A stretch of 64,000 bases of DNA, taken from Blastocystis sp. Blastoise. Its lineage: Eukaryota > Protista > Bigyra: Opalinata. Each line of letters opens with the position of its first letter. The stretch's first letter is position 1. The stretch spans positions 1,488,001 to 1,552,000 of the forward strand of contig JBBPEB010000009.1 in NCBI GenBank assembly GCA_039096225.1. The letters are read 5' to 3'. Below are positions 60,772-64,000 of this stretch, piece by piece. Below the pieces are notes generated by a model that did no database searches, was not told the DNA's origin, and saw nothing but the letters and a program-made list of their open reading frames with translations. A program made the position numbers and the translations under genes.

Positions 60772-61392
60772 TTAGTTCTTTTCAGATAATTTCTTGACAA
60801 GGAATTGAGAGATACCAGCTTTAGTAGCTTTCATTCCCTTATCACCCTTATGCCATCCAGCAGGGCAAACCTCACCATATTTATCAGTATATTGAAGACC
60901 TTCAAGAACACGAAGAGTTTCATCAACATTACGACCAACACCATTATCATTAATGTAAACATGACGAAGAACACCCTTATCATCAATTAAGAATAAACCA
61001 CGGAAAGCTTGAGCATAATCAAGACCCGATTTATCAGGATTATAAACACCATAAGCCTTCATAACTTCACGATCAACATCAGAAAGAAGAGGGAAGACAA
61101 CTTGATTTTCTAAACCACCTTGAGTAGCAGGAGTAATTTCCCAAGTAAGATGAACATAAGGAGAATCACCAGAAATACCTACGATGTTACAGTTAAGAGC
61201 AGTGAATTCATCAATAGCCTTAGAATAAGAAATAATTTCAGTAGGACAAACAAAAGTGAAATCCATAGGATAGAAGAGAATACAAGTCCAAGATCCTTTT
61301 TGTTCTTCAAGAGACCAAGAATTAACGATATCACCTTGTTTAGCACCAGCAAGAGTGAAGGTAGGAGCAGGAGCACGAATAGTAGGAGCCAT
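60772..61392 (-). CDS. Typical 2-Cys peroxiredoxin (AhpC/Prx1 class), intronless
   Basis: FYPMDFTFVCPTEI, AFRGLFLID, VGRNVDETLR, GEVCPAGW. Confidence 0.97.
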   Translation of the reverse strand: MAPTIRAPAPTFTLAGAKQGDIVNSWSLEEQKGSWTCILFYPMDFTFVCPTEIISYSKAIDEFTALNCNIVGISGDSPYVHLTWEITPATQGGLENQVVFPLLSDVDREVMKAYGVYNPDKSGLDYAQAFRGLFLIDDKGVLRHVYINDNGVGRNVDETLRVLEGLQYTDKYGEVCPAGWHKGDKGMKATKAGISQFLVKKLSEKN

Positions 61393-62018
61393 TTTATTTA
61401 ATAAGTTATAAGTAAGTAATAGATTTAATATTTCTTTATTGTGAAATAAATAATTTATGAGTTTTATATCAATATCATTTTAGTCACATAGATTTTAAAG
61501 AAGATTTTGGACAACATATGAAAAAATGCAAACATACAGTCCTAATAAATTTTTTTTGAACTTGAATAAAATTGTTGTTCGAAAAAATATTTATGGTTTT
61601 TTATAATAAAATTAGTTTCAGTACGATTATATTTACGATTCAAAATAATAAAATTTAATTGAGGATAATAGTGTTGGTAGAATTTCATAATTACACTTGA
61701 AACAAAATGAAATTCTTTGAAAATTTCTGCTTGATTACATTTTTATTTTTTTAAAGATAAAAGTACCTAGCCTTAACATAAATTAAAATAATTATTAGTC
61801 ATGCTTTTTCGAAATAGTATTGAAGTTATTAGTCACAAATACAACAGTCAACAAATCATTATAAGAAAATGTACCTCTAAAATAAATCATATAAAACATA
61901 TATCACTTTTATGGTATAATATATACATTTATTACATAAATAATGAAAAATAAAATAAAATAAAATAAGAATTGGGAGAATATTTATATGGAAAGTTAAG
62001 AGTATTATTAAATATTGT

Positions 62019-63186
62019 CTATTCGGGATTAAAAAGCTCATCAATATCGATATTATCACTGTTCATGAATGAAGACTCAGAAGAATCAACATATGGAAGA
62101 TTACATCTTATGAATAATATTTTTGCAGTTTTACTGAAACTTAAACGGTTTCTAAGCTTAGTTTGAACAAGAAGTAACTGTGACCATACTCTCTCGGAAA
62201 AACCACTCGACGAAGGAGCATCATCAAGTAGCAATGCTAGAGAAGACAAGCTCTTCTCAAAGAAATTTACAGTCTGCCAGTACATCTTATTGTTATTATA
62301 ATTTAGGCAGTTGATAATTTGATTTTGTATGAAAACTCCATCATTATGTGCATAATTAAGAAATGATGAATACAACTCTCTATTATCTGATTCTTGTAAA
62401 TATTCCATTATAGCTTGCACATCATCTGGATTATTTATTATTTCATTTTTATGTTGAATATTAAGGTAATATGCCAAAATGTACAATTGGTGAGTATAAA
62501 AGTATTTTCTTTTGGATAAACACCTATCAAATATTTCCTTATACATAGATTCATTACTAACATGTATAAACTGTTTATAATAAAAGTAGACATCTGAAAT
62601 TGAAGATCCATTAGCTTCAAGCTTTTCAACAGAATTTTTACATATAACTAGAATATCAAATATAGAAACACAAGACTTCCAAAATGAATTATCGTTTAGA
62701 CTAATAATAAAATCTTTATTTTTTTTCTTCTTTATGTTTGGATCCATAATTTTGCAATTGATCTTTATGATCAAGTAGCCATTTTAATGAAGAGTACTCT
62801 GACCACCATCTGGTCGGGCAATACAATTTAGGAGTATTATCACAATAGTTATGACCAGCTTCAATACATAATTCAACTCTATCAGCAACATGATATTTAA
62901 AATATATAGAAATAGCATTAACTTTATTAACTATATTCATTGGGGAATAATAGTGTCTAGGAAAGTCTTCAGAACTAATAAAGTCACCTAGTAACAGCTC
63001 TCCCATATGTGAAGCACATCCAAAAAAATACAATTCGTTAATATTATTACAGAAAGAATCATGACAAGAAACTAATGGCAGTATATTTTCATTAGACATA
63101 TCATCAGTTTTGGTGTCTACATATATATAAATAATTTAACTAATAACGATATGTATAAATAAATTAATATAAATAATGAAAGCAAT

Positions 63187-63217
<31 letters not shown>

Positions 63218-63867
63218 TGGTTCATATTGTGGTATCTGTGAACTATTATTTCTTAATTGATTCTGAGCGTTTCTGATTTTTTCAATAAGTTTTTCACGAC
63301 TTGATATATTAGCGGCACAATTATCAGACACTATTCCCTTGACTTTATTCACACCTATTCTTAGCATACAGTCATATATAACATATGCAATTGAATCTGA
63401 TGTCTCACCACAATATGTAACATTATATATGCAATACAAATATGGCTTATGTTCTATAATTGCAACAACATTTAGAAATTTCTCTTGATTTATATTAGTT
63501 GTACCTGTAATAATATAATAATATAATAATATAATAATATAATAATATAATAATATAATAATATAATAATATAATAATATAATAATATAATAATATAATA
63601 ATATAATATTATAATAATATAATATTTTAATAATATAATATTATAAAAATATAATAATATAATAATATAATAATATATATACCATCAAATGATAGATATA
63701 CTCTAGTTGCATTTCGAATCCTTTCTTCCACTATTTCGTAAATCTTATAGAAGGTGTTATCCAAGTGTCTGTTACTTAACGAATGCCTTTTTGGTAACTT
63801 GTACTGTGAGTTAATATCACTAAACATTTGAATAAGGTATTTGTTCTCAACTTGCGAAAAAGGTGTA

Positions 63868-63918
<51 letters not shown>

Positions 63919-64000
63919 TTGTAGTTAAAAAATAGCACAATAGATCATCATAAAATCTATCAACACTCATTTCATTATCAACTGGTATCATAGTATTAGA
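62019..64000 (-). CDS. hAT transposase with at least 3 introns and one frameshift
   Basis: NTPFSQVEN, YLSFDGTTN (first Asp), GIVSDNCAAN (second Asp), GCASHMGELL (CxxH), PTRWWS, PSSSGFSERVWS...KLRNRL (Glu, dimerisation domain). Introns 63869-63918, 63505-63682, 63117-63213; +1 shift in an A8 run at 62719-62726. Confidence 0.9.
63869..63918 (-). other. Intron consisting only of G(TA)24G
   Basis: Removing it joins DDLLCYFLTT-N-TPFSQVENKYL in frame. Confidence 0.8.

Larger units (their letters stand above)
61669..64000 (-). mobile_element. hAT-superfamily transposon (partial; continues beyond the window)
   Basis: Contains the transposase below. Candidate terminal repeat TAGTGTTGGTAG at 61669 resembles the TIR of the 35981 element; the partner end is not visible. 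Confidence 0.6.

Overview
Very AT-rich eukaryotic DNA with many short GT-AG introns (mostly about 40-100 nt, often with (TA)n or (TTA)n tracts). The intron style, gene families and a TGTTTGTT motif behind several genes fit a low-GC Blastocystis-like stramenopile; this is inference, not verified. About 0-27.5 kb and 40-46.4 kb are accessory regions with two expanded families interleaved: four BTB/POZ-like + LRR-like genes (plus a decayed fifth), and four BTB-BTB-TLDc genes, one disrupted and carrying two TLDc domains. The two families sit head-to-head twice. Other genes: an atypical Rab-like GTPase, an HRI-like eIF2-alpha kinase with a giant insert, FTCD, a double ubiquitin-like Pro-rich protein, Brix1, a SAC3/GANP protein and a 2-Cys peroxiredoxin. 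Mobile DNA: a non-autonomous hAT-type element with TIRs and an 8-bp TSD, and an intron-containing hAT transposase running off the right edge. Best signals: (1) the BTB-LRR family has almost all phase-1 introns with roughly one repeat per exon, shows patchwork identity, and differs between paralogs in intron presence at five sites, which suggests a diversifying receptor/adaptor system paired with variable TLDc genes; (2) introns made only of G(TA)nG. No rRNA, tRNA or CRISPR array was recognised. All exon structures were assembled by hand.
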